Below are positions 16,941 to 25,458 of a stretch of DNA of 42,524 bases, piece after piece. Position numbers and translations under genes: made by a program. Where the stretch lies: the UHGV virus genome UHGV-0037043; one strand, written 5' to 3'. The DNA is from a virus. The notes beneath the pieces were generated by a model. It did no database searches and had not been told where the DNA came from. It saw nothing but the letters and a program-made list of their open reading frames with translations. The number at the start of each line of letters is the position of its first letter. Position 1 is the first letter of the stretch.

Positions 16941-19293
16941 TCCTTTCTTTCCAGTTAGTACCGAACCACTGTACTAGTAAATCTTCCACTTGATTTATAT
17001 AGTACTGTTTGTCTAACTTATCCAGTGTAATAGTACCTTCTCCAATTGCCTCATTATCAATCATATAATACTCTGGAGCATTAGGAACACCTTTAGTGTA
17101 CGAATCATTACCAACAATTGTTGTACCTTCTTCATCCATAATTGAGCCACGTTTTACTTTAAAAATTTCAACTGCATCTGTAGGGTCTTTAATTGCGAAT
17201 ACACGATTGACTTTTTGAGCTTTGTGCTCATTACCATCAACATCACGCACTACAGTATCATCAAACGTCCAGCCAGTTTTAGCAATGATTTGGAACTGGC
17301 GTAACTCATTACATTCATTAATGAACTCTTTATAATCTTTACCACCAACAACGTAATTAATAAATGCGTTTGATACTACTGCTTTTGACACTTTCAACCC
17401 ATTAGTTAGTCCAATAGCTCCTTTGAACTTCACTTTACCGTCTGAGGTAACTGCCAAGTAATTATTGACGTTGGCTTGGTATATTTCTCTAAATGGGTCA
17501 TTGTCCAATGTGTACCCTGTTCGTTTCTCCCAATCTTTTGCCAACTCATCAATCTTTTTAGCATCTTCATCACTAAATGGAATATAATAATGTGCATCTG
17601 TATTTGATTGAATAATTGTTGCATGAGGTTCAATCTTTTCTAGTAAGTCAAACATTGCCATTTGTCCAGTGATACAAACCAGTAATCGCATGCGTGGGTC
17701 ATATAATTTATTAAACGCAGCCCCCATTGCTCCATACGTTGTGTTAAGTGGTAGTTTGAATCCATTAATTAGTAACTTAGTTGGAATTTCAACACCCCTG
17801 ACCTCAATGGTTTCTTTATCTGAATACTTAGCTTTCATACGTTCATCAAGTAGCATTTGGAAAACATGTTTTTTATCTTCTGGAATATTACGTGATTCAT
17901 AGTTGAATAAGGTCATTGTGTTAGGGTAAAGAGAGCCAACGTCACGTGCATTAAAGTCACCTACATAGATGAATGACTCTTTAGCTCCATGGATACCACC
18001 TACTCCTAAAACCTCTGTTACGTCTCTACGATTGACTTCAAGAGCAATACTAGCATTTCCTTTTTCGTTTTGCTCAAACTCTCCACTCATAAATGCTTTT
18101 TTAATTTCATCTGATTCAATCTCAAAACCTTCTGGTAATTCATACTTATCTAACTCATCACCACGTTCTTCTTGTTTAACAGCTCCCAACAATTCAGCGG
18201 TTAAGTTTGCGTTGGTCATTGAAAGTGCTGTCTTATCTAAACCAAAGTATAGTGCAATTGTAGCTTTAGCCACTAGCATTCCTATGTTTTGCTCAAAACG
18301 CAGCTCAGTTGCCAGTACGTCATTTTTACAGTAAAGTTCATTTAGTGTTTGCTCATCAACAAGCGCATTTCCCATGACTAAATTATAAACAATGTCTACA
18401 TTTATTCCAGTAACACGTGCTAATTCGTCTGTTAGTGTAAGCTCATCCATTTCTTCAGACAATTTGTATTCGTCCATCACTTCTCTCCAGTTAATCAAAG
18501 GTCTATCTAAATCAAAGTCAACTTCTGTTTCTTTAATGTTGATACCCAAGAAGGCACTATGTTCTTTCAAGCTAAAACCTCTATTATCTTGGTATAAATC
18601 CATCCCAAATAAAGGGGTTTTCTTTGTATCAAACATCTTATAAACTAACCCTCTATCGTCTGACTCAATGATTGCTTTAGATACGTGATAAGGGTTCTTA
18701 CCTTGCATGTGAGCACGCATCACGTTTGAGTCATATGAGTGTGAGTTATAACCAATGAATAATGAATCTCTATTCGCTAGATAGAACTTACGTAACCCAT
18801 CTAAATCATTATGAATGACTGTCCACTCTTTTGTAAAGTAATCTCTGAAAACATACAAGTTATCTTTTTTAAATACCTCAATATCGTAGATATAGATTGT
18901 TTGTTTTGTCAACGCCTTGCTTGGTTTCTCAGGTAATACGTCAATTACTGCCCCTTTTTGATTAATGGTTACATTGGGAAAACCATTGTTGTATTTTAGA
19001 GTAATCATCAATTGTTGACCAACTTCAATATTTTCCCAAGTTTTCCAATCTTGTTTACGAAACTTCATGATATAAAAAGTAGCGTCACGTCCATCATTTG
19101 TGCTACGTACTTTAATTTCTTTCATCTCTTTACCTTTAGCGCTTAAACGTTCCTCAGCTTTAATCACTACAACCTGATGAATCCCTTCAATCATTGGGTC
19201 AAAACTCTTTCCGTTGCCTGCTAGATTGGAAAATATTTCTAATAGTTTAGCTGCTAGTTTTTCAGCACCTTTAAATTCTGCAATGTTTTTCAT
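16870..19293 (-). CDS. Family B DNA polymerase with 3'-5' exonuclease domain.
   Basis: Exo I YIYDIEV, Exo II GYNSHSYD, Exo III YCKNDVLATEL; Pol motif A DVGSLYPNTM, motif B KLPLNTTYGAMG, motif C-like QSNTDAHYY. Confidence 0.85.
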   Translation of the reverse strand: MKNIAEFKGAEKLAAKLLEIFSNLAGNGKSFDPMIEGIHQVVVIKAEERLSAKGKEMKEIKVRSTNDGRDATFYIMKFRKQDWKTWENIEVGQQLMITLKYNNGFPNVTINQKGAVIDVLPEKPSKALTKQTIYIYDIEVFKKDNLYVFRDYFTKEWTVIHNDLDGLRKFYLANRDSLFIGYNSHSYDSNVMRAHMQGKNPYHVSKAIIESDDRGLVYKMFDTKKTPLFGMDLYQDNRGFSLKEHSAFLGINIKETEVDFDLDRPLINWREVMDEYKLSEEMDELTLTDELARVTGINVDIVYNLVMGNALVDEQTLNELYCKNDVLATELRFEQNIGMLVAKATIALYFGLDKTALSMTNANLTAELLGAVKQEERGDELDKYELPEGFEIESDEIKKAFMSGEFEQNEKGNASIALEVNRRDVTEVLGVGGIHGAKESFIYVGDFNARDVGSLYPNTMTLFNYESRNIPEDKKHVFQMLLDERMKAKYSDKETIEVRGVEIPTKLLINGFKLPLNTTYGAMGAAFNKLYDPRMRLLVCITGQMAMFDLLEKIEPHATIIQSNTDAHYYIPFSDEDAKKIDELAKDWEKRTGYTLDNDPFREIYQANVNNYLAVTSDGKVKFKGAIGLTNGLKVSKAVVSNAFINYVVGGKDYKEFINECNELRQFQIIAKTGWTFDDTVVRDVDGNEHKAQKVNRVFAIKDPTDAVEIFKVKRGSIMDEEGTTIVGNDSYTKGVPNAPEYYMIDNEAIGEGTITLDKLDKQYYINQVEDLLVQWFGTNWKERIEQAHAKRKTLGYKTPSVRNYID

Positions 19294-19394
19294 TCCTTAC
19301 TTCCTCTCTCGTTTGAATATAATATAGTATATCACATCAATTGCTAATACACAAGTACATAATAGAAACTCTATAAAACTTTCTATTGTGTATC

Positions 19395-19601
19395 TCATTG
19401 GAAGCACCTAAAGTTGCGTGGATGACATTGCGTTTGCATATATAAAACATCATCTAATTTATAAACAGCAATCGTTTTCTTCTTGTTAGCAATCATCATT
19501 TGTGTTGAATCAATCTTTACGTACACCTCATTGAAATGCCTGTTGATAATCACACCATCTTCGTCTTTTACTGTTAAAATTAAGTTGTCTACCAACATCA
19601 T
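19395..19601 (-). CDS. Hypothetical protein.
   Basis: 68-aa ORF co-directional with its neighbours. Confidence 0.35.
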   Translation of the reverse strand: MMLVDNLILTVKDEDGVIINRHFNEVYVKIDSTQMMIANKKKTIAVYKLDDVLYMQTQCHPRNFRCFQ

Positions 19602-19602
19602 T

Positions 19603-19863
19603 TTATTTTCCTCCTTTAATATAAAGTGTTAGTCCATCATACGCTACACCATTTTCATCAATCACATTAGGTGACATGCCAATAATTTCTGAATTTAAAA
19701 CACCTACTTTATCATCTAACCATTCATCATACATGAATAAAATAGTACTTACTCGTTCACACAATACTGTATCAAGTGTTTCATTATCTATAACTTCAAT
19801 ATAGTATTTATCATCATGTGATGGTACATTGTCTAATAATGTAATAATATCTCCAAGTTTCAT
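19603..19863 (-). CDS. Hypothetical protein.
   Basis: 86-aa ORF, tightly packed (2-nt spacing to the next gene). Confidence 0.4.
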   Translation of the reverse strand: MKLGDIITLLDNVPSHDDKYYIEVIDNETLDTVLCERVSTILFMYDEWLDDKVGVLNSEIIGMSPNVIDENGVAYDGLTLYIKGGK

Positions 19864-19879
19864 TTTATTTCTCCTCCTA

Positions 19880-20206
19880 TTATTTAAAGTTCTGTTTGTT
19901 CATCAAAGCACCAATACCATTAAAGAATGCTACGATTGATGGAATACCAGTCCAACAAAAAGCTAGTTTAATCAGTCCTTTACCAAACTTACCTTCATAA
20001 AAGTTGTGTGCTCCTAATCCTCCTAAGAAGAATGCTAGTAAAACATAAACAATCAGACTTGGTTTTTTAGAATCCTCTTTCATACCTTTAAGTTGTGTTA
20101 ATTGTTCCTTCAAGATTTCATTTTGTAATTGTTCGTTTGTCATTTCAATCTCCTCCTCTTTATTCATATTAGCTAAAGTGTTTAATACTGGATTTTGTTT
20201 TTTCAT
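19880..20206 (-). CDS. TM2-domain membrane protein.
   Basis: LLAFFLGGLGAHNFYEGKFGKGLIKLAF...GIPSIVAFF matches the TM2 domain pattern; sits behind promoter P2. Confidence 0.55.
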   Translation of the reverse strand: MKKQNPVLNTLANMNKEEEIEMTNEQLQNEILKEQLTQLKGMKEDSKKPSLIVYVLLAFFLGGLGAHNFYEGKFGKGLIKLAFCWTGIPSIVAFFNGIGALMNKQNFK

Positions 20207-20239
20207 TTTTATTACTTCCTCTCTTTATCTTATGAATTA

Positions 20240-20268
20240 AGTTTACCATGCAGTAATTATCTTGTCAA
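20240..20268 (-). promoter_or_regulatory. Early promoter P2: TTGACA-17-TAAACT.
   Basis: Minus strand TTGACAagataattactgcatggTAAACT, followed by the conserved leader taattcataagataaagag. Confidence 0.55.
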
Positions 20269-20461
20269 GTGTTTTAACTGCTAAGTTTAAATCTTTTTCT
20301 AGGAATGCTTCTGTTGAACCACTGTATAACTTAACCATGTAGTCCCATCCGTCTACTGGATTGTACAGCTTATACAGTACTACACCTTTCTCACCTTTGC
20401 GACCTATTCCTTCAAGATTATCTCTCTTTAATTCAATCATGTTACCTACCTGGATTTGCAT
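20243..20461 (-). CDS. Hypothetical protein.
   Basis: 72 aa. Confidence 0.4.
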   Translation of the reverse strand: MQIQVGNMIELKRDNLEGIGRKGEKGVVLYKLYNPVDGWDYMVKLYSGSTEAFLEKDLNLAVKTLDKIITAW

Positions 20462-20472
20462 CTTAAGTCCTC

Positions 20473-20709
20473 CTATTTATTGATGCGTTTCTTTTTATTG
20501 TTTTTAAATTTAACATCCTTAATACCTACATAAATGAGTGTACCACATGACATCAGGGCGAAGCCAATTGTAGCAACTCTAATAAGATATACTAAGACCA
20601 TGTGGGGTAGGTAACTTAAACTAAATACCAATAATAGTGAAGGCACTAGTTTATATAAAACAACTCTGTTCATTTTAATTGTGTTCATAATTCCTTTAAT
20701 ATAATTCAT
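20473..20709 (-). CDS. Small membrane protein (2 TM).
   Basis: 78 aa, hydrophobic, basic C-terminus. Confidence 0.4.
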   Translation of the reverse strand: MNYIKGIMNTIKMNRVVLYKLVPSLLLVFSLSYLPHMVLVYLIRVATIGFALMSCGTLIYVGIKDVKFKNNKKKRINK

Positions 20710-20738
20710 TTTAATTCCTCCTCTTAATTTATGAACTA

Positions 20739-20767
20739 ATTATAACATGGTAAAACAAAAGAGTCAA
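20739..20767 (-). promoter_or_regulatory. Early promoter P3: TTGACT-17-TATAAT (with TGt extended -10).
   Basis: Minus strand TTGACTcttttgttttaccatgtTATAAT, followed by the conserved leader ttagttcataaattaagagg. Confidence 0.55.
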
Positions 20768-20797
20768 CCCATAAGGTCAACTCTTTTTACATTTATT

Positions 20798-21490
20798 TTA
20801 GAATGGTAATTCCTCGTCTGTCACTACTTCTTTTTGGTCGTCTGGGTCAAGTGGTTGTGCTTCCAACCATCCGTAAGGTGATTTAGGGTCTAACATGTTT
20901 TTGTTCACAGTGCAGTCCACAACCATCCCAATAGCCATATCAGCAGTATCCCATGTAACATTTACATCTTCAAACAATTCATTGAAGCGTGCTTTTGCTT
21001 TCGCAAGTTTAGCTTGATTAGGAATAAATTTATTCAACTTCTCAATGTATACACCTGAGTTGAAGTTAAACGAGTAATAATTTCCGTCATGCTCTACAAC
21101 GACCGCACGTCCTTTGGCACTGTCTTTGATTTCAACAATTGGTACTTGTTTCAAGCGCTTCAGTGACACTAGTGGTTTCTCAATCTTTTTAAATGAAGTA
21201 CCTTCTTCAAAGTATGCTTTACCAGTTTCTTCATCTACATACATTTCTAGTTCTTTATCCTCAAGGTTTTCAAATGAGCCACCTAACATTTCTAAGGCTT
21301 TAGCTAGTCGTTCTTTACCTTTTGTATCTTCATCTGTGAAGTCATTCCATGTTTTGGACTCTTTATCATATGTTTGTTTAAATACTGCAGCTTCATAGAT
21401 AGCGCTATAATCTTCACTTGCTACCTGTAATTTCACACTAATCTCATCTTGTTCTGCACTCACTACGATAACTTTTTTCAATTCTGACAT
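20798..21490 (-). CDS. Putative single-stranded DNA-binding/annealing protein (T7 gp2.5-like?) with an acidic C-terminal tail.
   Basis: 230 aa ending ...DPDDQKEVVTDEELPF. An acidic tail ending in Phe is characteristic of SSB-type proteins; 230 aa is close to gp2.5's 232. No OB-fold motifs verified. Confidence 0.3.
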   Translation of the reverse strand: MSELKKVIVVSAEQDEISVKLQVASEDYSAIYEAAVFKQTYDKESKTWNDFTDEDTKGKERLAKALEMLGGSFENLEDKELEMYVDEETGKAYFEEGTSFKKIEKPLVSLKRLKQVPIVEIKDSAKGRAVVVEHDGNYYSFNFNSGVYIEKLNKFIPNQAKLAKAKARFNELFEDVNVTWDTADMAIGMVVDCTVNKNMLDPKSPYGWLEAQPLDPDDQKEVVTDEELPF

Positions 21491-21537
21491 TTTAATTCCT
21501 CCAATTAATTTGTTTTATTTTCTCTCTTACAAAATCT

Positions 21538-21548
21538 ATTATAGCATA
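21538..21548 (-). promoter_or_regulatory. Minus-strand copy of the TATGCTATAAT promoter 12-mer, upstream of the SSB-like gene.
   Basis: Plus-strand attatagcata is the reverse complement of tatgctataat. Confidence 0.45.
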
Positions 21549-21555
21549 TATTCCC

Positions 21556-21768
21556 TTACTTGTGCAAGTATTTTTGCAATCCATCCAATCCGTCATTAAT
21601 TAATGATTCAGGTGTGTGGTATCCATCTTGTAACTGTAGTCCAATATAAACCATATTGCTGTATAGGTATCTGTCCAATGTTTCAGCACCTAGTACCTCT
21701 TCTAGTACTTCCTCCATGTGTCCTAAATATCCATTTAGAGCATCTAGTCTCTCTCCAACTTCATTCAT
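21556..21768 (-). CDS. Hypothetical protein.
   Basis: 70 aa. Confidence 0.35.
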   Translation of the reverse strand: MNEVGERLDALNGYLGHMEEVLEEVLGAETLDRYLYSNMVYIGLQLQDGYHTPESLINDGLDGLQKYLHK

Positions 21769-22574
21769 TTTACCACCTCATACTCAATTTTAAGTTTCTT
21801 CAAGTCTTCTTTCTTAACTTTAATTGTGACGTATTCAACTGGCTTAGGAGCTTCCTGTTTTTGCTCGTTTCCAGTGATGATAACAATGTCTGGCACTTTC
21901 GTTTCTTTGACTCTAGCCTGCTCTTTCTCAAGACGTTCTTTCTCAGCAATCATACTTGCATAGTCTAAAATAGCTTCTTGCATATTAAAGCCGTTTTTAG
22001 AGTAGGCAATCAAAATGGCAGAACGGTCATCCTTATCAGGGTATTGTGTTTTTAACAAGTCATAATCCTGTTTAAATGTGTCAAAGTAAGAAACCACTGA
22101 CTCTCTAATCTTTTTAGCACTAGTTGCTTTATTGGTTATGAGAGTTGGGTTTTTTGCTAAAAACTTATCAAAAGTAAGCCATTGTGGAGCGTTATAAGAC
22201 TTCTGATATTTCTTAAATAAGTCTTTGATTTGTAACTTACGTTCTTCTTGTTCTCGTAATGTAATCTGTTTAATTTGAGCATTGATATGCTCCTCTCCTT
22301 CACCCAAGACTTCTTTCAATAGTTTAATCTTTTCATTCAATTCATCATAAGGTGTCATAATTTGACGTTTAACTGCTAGACGTTCTGAATCAAGTTTTTT
22401 GATTTCCTTACGTACCTCAGCAAGAAGTTTCTTATATTCAACTGCATTTTCTTCTGTAACCTCTTGCTCCTTCATACGCTCACTCAACTTTCTAACGTCA
22501 TCTAACGTTTTCTCATACCCAAGAAATTGAATCTCTTGGGTACCGTTCGTTTGAATAGATAGTTCAAATACCAT
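21765..22574 (-). CDS. Lys/Glu-rich coiled-coil protein of the replication/recombination module. Start set at internal ATG 22574 after a GGAGGA RBS.
   Basis: ~269 aa, strongly charged heptad-like sequence, adjacent to the SSB-like gene. Confidence 0.4.
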   Translation of the reverse strand: MVFELSIQTNGTQEIQFLGYEKTLDDVRKLSERMKEQEVTEENAVEYKKLLAEVRKEIKKLDSERLAVKRQIMTPYDELNEKIKLLKEVLGEGEEHINAQIKQITLREQEERKLQIKDLFKKYQKSYNAPQWLTFDKFLAKNPTLITNKATSAKKIRESVVSYFDTFKQDYDLLKTQYPDKDDRSAILIAYSKNGFNMQEAILDYASMIAEKERLEKEQARVKETKVPDIVIITGNEQKQEAPKPVEYVTIKVKKEDLKKLKIEYEVVK

Positions 22575-22754
22575 TAAGCTCATCCTCCATTTTAAGGCGC
22601 TTATATTCAACTTCAAATAGTTCTGCAAAGCTGTATCCTATCTTCATAAGATACACCTTACTTTCCAAATAGTCAAGTAGGTTGTTTTCTGTATAGCCAT
22701 ATTCTAATTTAAGTAGTGTCTTATAGTTCATTATTTTCTTCCTCCTTGAGGTAA

Positions 22755-23411
22755 TTAATTTTTATTTCCATTCTCCCACTCCTCAATCATCCAAGAAATG
22801 TAAGTAATACATTTCTTTAAGTCTTCAACTTTATTTTTCTGCTCATGTCTTGATAAATATTTTTGAGAATTTCCTAAAAGAAATCCGTAAAATTGTTCTT
22901 TCGTCATGTTAGCACGCATCAAATCAATAGGTTCAATACCTTGGTTTTTGTAGTGTGGTTGGTTGTCAATTAAGTCAGTTGTTCTGTTCTCCTGTTCTTT
23001 CTCCATTGGTGGTTCCTCCATTGGTGGTTCGTATTTGAGGATGAATTTAGTTTCAAGGGTGTTGATGTAATATTCAGTGTATTTTTGTCCATCATCATCT
23101 GTTATATATAAATCACCGTTACTGAGTGTTTGAACCCTATACTCTTTTCCTTCTGTCCACCATGGTACATGTGATTTTGTACAAATATAAATTTGACCTT
23201 CTTCTAATTTTAACATTTTGTTTGCCTCCTTAATTAATTTTATCTTATATTTAAATATTGAACCCTCACCGTCATGTTGTCTATCATCCTTCACAAACAC
23301 AAACCTATGTGTAGTATCTATAACAACCCATCGTGTACCAATATCATATGTCTCACCATACCATCTATCTTCCTCAGTTACTTCTACAATATCACCTTTT
23401 TTAAATTGCAT
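22755..23411 (-). CDS. Three-module protein: N-terminal small beta-rich domain, central ICT-PWWT module, C-terminal DUF3310-like domain.
   Basis: MQFKKGDIVEV... (paralogous to 23416..23640); EGQIYICTKSHVPWWTEGKEYRV (paralogous to 29598, 31266, 33770); C-terminal QPHYKNQGIEPIDLMRANMTKEQFYGFLLGNSQKYLSRHEQKNKVEDLKKCITYISWMIEEWE resembles DUF3310. Confidence 0.45.
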   Translation of the reverse strand: MQFKKGDIVEVTEEDRWYGETYDIGTRWVVIDTTHRFVFVKDDRQHDGEGSIFKYKIKLIKEANKMLKLEEGQIYICTKSHVPWWTEGKEYRVQTLSNGDLYITDDDGQKYTEYYINTLETKFILKYEPPMEEPPMEKEQENRTTDLIDNQPHYKNQGIEPIDLMRANMTKEQFYGFLLGNSQKYLSRHEQKNKVEDLKKCITYISWMIEEWENGNKN

Positions 23412-23415
23412 GTTC

Positions 23416-23640
23416 TTAGTCCTCCTCTAGTAAAGCTAATTCTTCATCAGTTAAACGGTCAATAAATTCAATGTCTTCTTCTCTTACATCTTCAAAACGT
23501 CCTGCGAACTCTCCTGACTCAACTAATACCATAATATTATCATACTTGTCAATGTGTTGTACCGTTCCTTCATCGCCAGTTGAGGCAAACATACCGTAGT
23601 TGTTTCTAAATTTAACCAGGTCTCCATATTGAAATTTCAT
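23416..23640 (-). CDS. Small acidic protein, paralogous to the N-terminal domain of 22755..23411.
   Basis: MKFQYGDLVKF...G...V compared with MQFKKGDIVEV... Confidence 0.4.
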   Translation of the reverse strand: MKFQYGDLVKFRNNYGMFASTGDEGTVQHIDKYDNIMVLVESGEFAGRFEDVREEDIEFIDRLTDEELALLEED

Positions 23641-23670
23641 TTTAATTCCTCCTCTTTATCTTATGAACTA

Positions 23671-23699
23671 AGTATATCACCTAGTTAAGTAGTTGTCAA
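23671..23699 (-). promoter_or_regulatory. Early promoter P4: TTGACA-17-TATACT.
   Basis: Minus strand TTGACAactacttaactaggtgaTATACTtagttcataagataaagaggagg. Confidence 0.65.
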
Positions 23700-24432
23700 C
23701 ATCTTTTTGAGTTATTTTTCCTTTTGATTTTTTAATCAGTCCTTCAAATGTTCTGTATGTTGCTGACTGGTGTAGCTCTACATCAGTATAACCTTTGTTT
23801 GCAAACTTGTCAACAAAAAGCTGCCTCTGTTCAGTGTCTAAATGTCTGTAGCTTCCGTTACTGAAAACATCATATCCAGTGTGACTCTTAGTTACTTCAT
23901 AGAACTCAATAACTTTTGGGTCATAGTTTGATTCTAATAGTAGGATATCAAGTTTTAAGTTGTTTGTCAATAAATAATTTTCGTAATCTATTAATTGACT
24001 TAAATCAGTTGCATAAATCAAATTCTGCTTAGGACTTTCTAAGATGAAACCATGGGTGTCTGTGAACTCTTCGCCAATCCCATGGTAATTTTGAATGGTG
24101 GTGAACTTAACATCTCCAATTTTGAACTGAAAGTCATCTTCAAAAATAATATCTACGCCCATAAGTTTACGTTTAATTAGTTCTGAGTTAACTGTACTAT
24201 TAGATAGAAACTTAATGTGTGGGAAGTTCTCTCTAATTTTTTTATATGTGGTATATACCAAATGGTCTCCATGTTTATGACTAATAAAGATAAATTGTTT
24301 ATCATATAAATGTGGTTCAATATACTTATATGGTTTACCAATGTCAATCAAAAAACCAAGGTTTTCATAATAGATTGAAGCTGAGTTACCTTTACTACCT
24401 GTGTAATGAACATCAAACTGAAATTCTGACAT
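23677..24432 (-). CDS. Metallo-beta-lactamase-fold hydrolase.
   Basis: ISHKHGDH (HxHxDH) motif with downstream conserved His/Asp. Confidence 0.55.
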   Translation of the reverse strand: MSEFQFDVHYTGSKGNSASIYYENLGFLIDIGKPYKYIEPHLYDKQFIFISHKHGDHLVYTTYKKIRENFPHIKFLSNSTVNSELIKRKLMGVDIIFEDDFQFKIGDVKFTTIQNYHGIGEEFTDTHGFILESPKQNLIYATDLSQLIDYENYLLTNNLKLDILLLESNYDPKVIEFYEVTKSHTGYDVFSNGSYRHLDTEQRQLFVDKFANKGYTDVELHQSATYRTFEGLIKKSKGKITQKDVDNYLTR

Positions 24433-24446
24433 GTGTTTACCTCCAA

Positions 24447-24920
24447 TTATACTAATTTATTTCTATCTGCGTAGTTCGCTCCTTCTAACTCCCAAAGTTC
24501 TCTACCAAGTTTGTTAGCTGTAAGGTAGTCCTTTTTATCGCAAGCATTATTAATCTTAATAATTAGTTCATGCCTTTTTGGCTCAACACTTTTGCGTGCA
24601 GGACGTGATACACGTTCTTGTGACTCCTTTGGATTAATAGCATACCCTAGGTTAGTCCAGTGGTTGTTTTGCACATTACCATCTTTATAATAAACATAAC
24701 TGCAATTGTGTGGGTTGTATACAAACATCTCAGCAACCAGTGGGGCTATATAAAACTTACGTGATTTTCTATGAGAGCCATGTAGTACTACAAATTGTTT
24801 ACCTGATTTGTGGTCAATCTCTTCTGTTACGTATTTACCTGAGTCAATGTCCATAATATGTCCTTCATTTGTAATAGAATACTGGTCATATGGTGGGGAT
24901 AGTTGTTCAAATTTAAGCAT
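24447..24920 (-). CDS. Degenerate HNH_3/NUMOD4-like protein (possibly inactivated homing endonuclease).
   Basis: YSITNEGHIMDIDSGKYV and APLVAEMFVYNP...YVYYKDGNVQNNHWTNLGY align to the HNH_3 pattern, but the first His of H-N-H is replaced by Tyr (YKDGN vs NHIDxN). Confidence 0.45.
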   Translation of the reverse strand: MLKFEQLSPPYDQYSITNEGHIMDIDSGKYVTEEIDHKSGKQFVVLHGSHRKSRKFYIAPLVAEMFVYNPHNCSYVYYKDGNVQNNHWTNLGYAINPKESQERVSRPARKSVEPKRHELIIKINNACDKKDYLTANKLGRELWELEGANYADRNKLV

Positions 24921-24955
24921 TTTAATTTTCCTCCTAGTGGTTTCTTAATATACTA

Positions 24956-24984
24956 ACTATACCATGTTCACGTTTCAATGTCAA
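24956..24984 (-). promoter_or_regulatory. Early promoter P5: TTGACA-17-TATAGT.
   Basis: Minus strand TTGACAttgaaacgtgaacatggTATAGTtagtatattaagaaaccactaggagg. Confidence 0.55.
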
Positions 24985-25002
24985 CACTTTTGTTTAATTT
25001 TA

Positions 25003-25011
25003 TGCTATAAT
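25003..25011 (+). promoter_or_regulatory. Orphan plus-strand extended -10 promoter (TTTTATGCTATAAT) inside the leftward early region.
   Basis: Same 12-mer class as the late promoters; no + strand ORF downstream; a terminator lies 40 nt away. Confidence 0.35.
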
Positions 25012-25047
25012 ATATTTATGGAAGTACTCCTCCACTTCCTCCTCTCG

Positions 25048-25078
25048 AAAGACTAGTCAATTGGCTAGTCTTTTTTAA
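25048..25078 (+). terminator. Intrinsic terminator (plus strand) overlapping the stop of minus gene 25065..25283.
   Basis: aaagactag-tcaattgg-ctagtcttt stem, then TTTTTT. Confidence 0.6.
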
Positions 25079-25283
25079 TTTCTCTTAGGGCTGCCATATA
25101 CTCTAACACACTTCTAGCATTTCTAAAGCGTTCATCATACTGACTATTCCAAATGTCTTTAGGGTCAATAACACACACTTCCCAAATTCCATTGTCAATA
25201 TCACGCCACACACAAACCTCTAATCCGTTTGGTAATTTTCCTTCAAATACAATTTTAAATTCGTTTTCATAATCATTATACAT
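25065..25283 (-). CDS. Hypothetical protein.
   Basis: 72 aa, coupled (TAATAATG) to the upstream small membrane ORF. Confidence 0.45.
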   Translation of the reverse strand: MYNDYENEFKIVFEGKLPNGLEVCVWRDIDNGIWEVCVIDPKDIWNSQYDERFRNARSVLEYMAALREIKKD

Positions 25284-25451
25284 TATTAGTCCTCCTTAAT
25301 TAGCCACTTGATTATTATATTTATACTAGCTCCAAATAATATGGATACTAGAATATTTCCAGCAGTTGTTAGAAAACCTTCATTTGAAGCATATATTATT
25401 GTTGCGCCAATAAATAATATATAGAATAATGTGAACAAACTTTTAATAAAT
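25275..25451 (-). CDS. Small 2-TM membrane protein (58 aa); below the ORF-track size cutoff.
   Basis: ATG 25451 after GGAGGACAAATG. Product MMRLFIKSLFTLFYILFIGATIIYA...ILVSILFGASINIIIKWLIKED. Confidence 0.35.
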
Positions 25452-25458
25452 AGCCTCA

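Noticed and set aside
17430-18643. Small ORFs inside the DNA polymerase gene on both strands (17430..17633, 17669..17902, 17969..18334, 18392..18643).
   Set aside because: Nested in a gene with clear family-B motifs; low-complexity translations.
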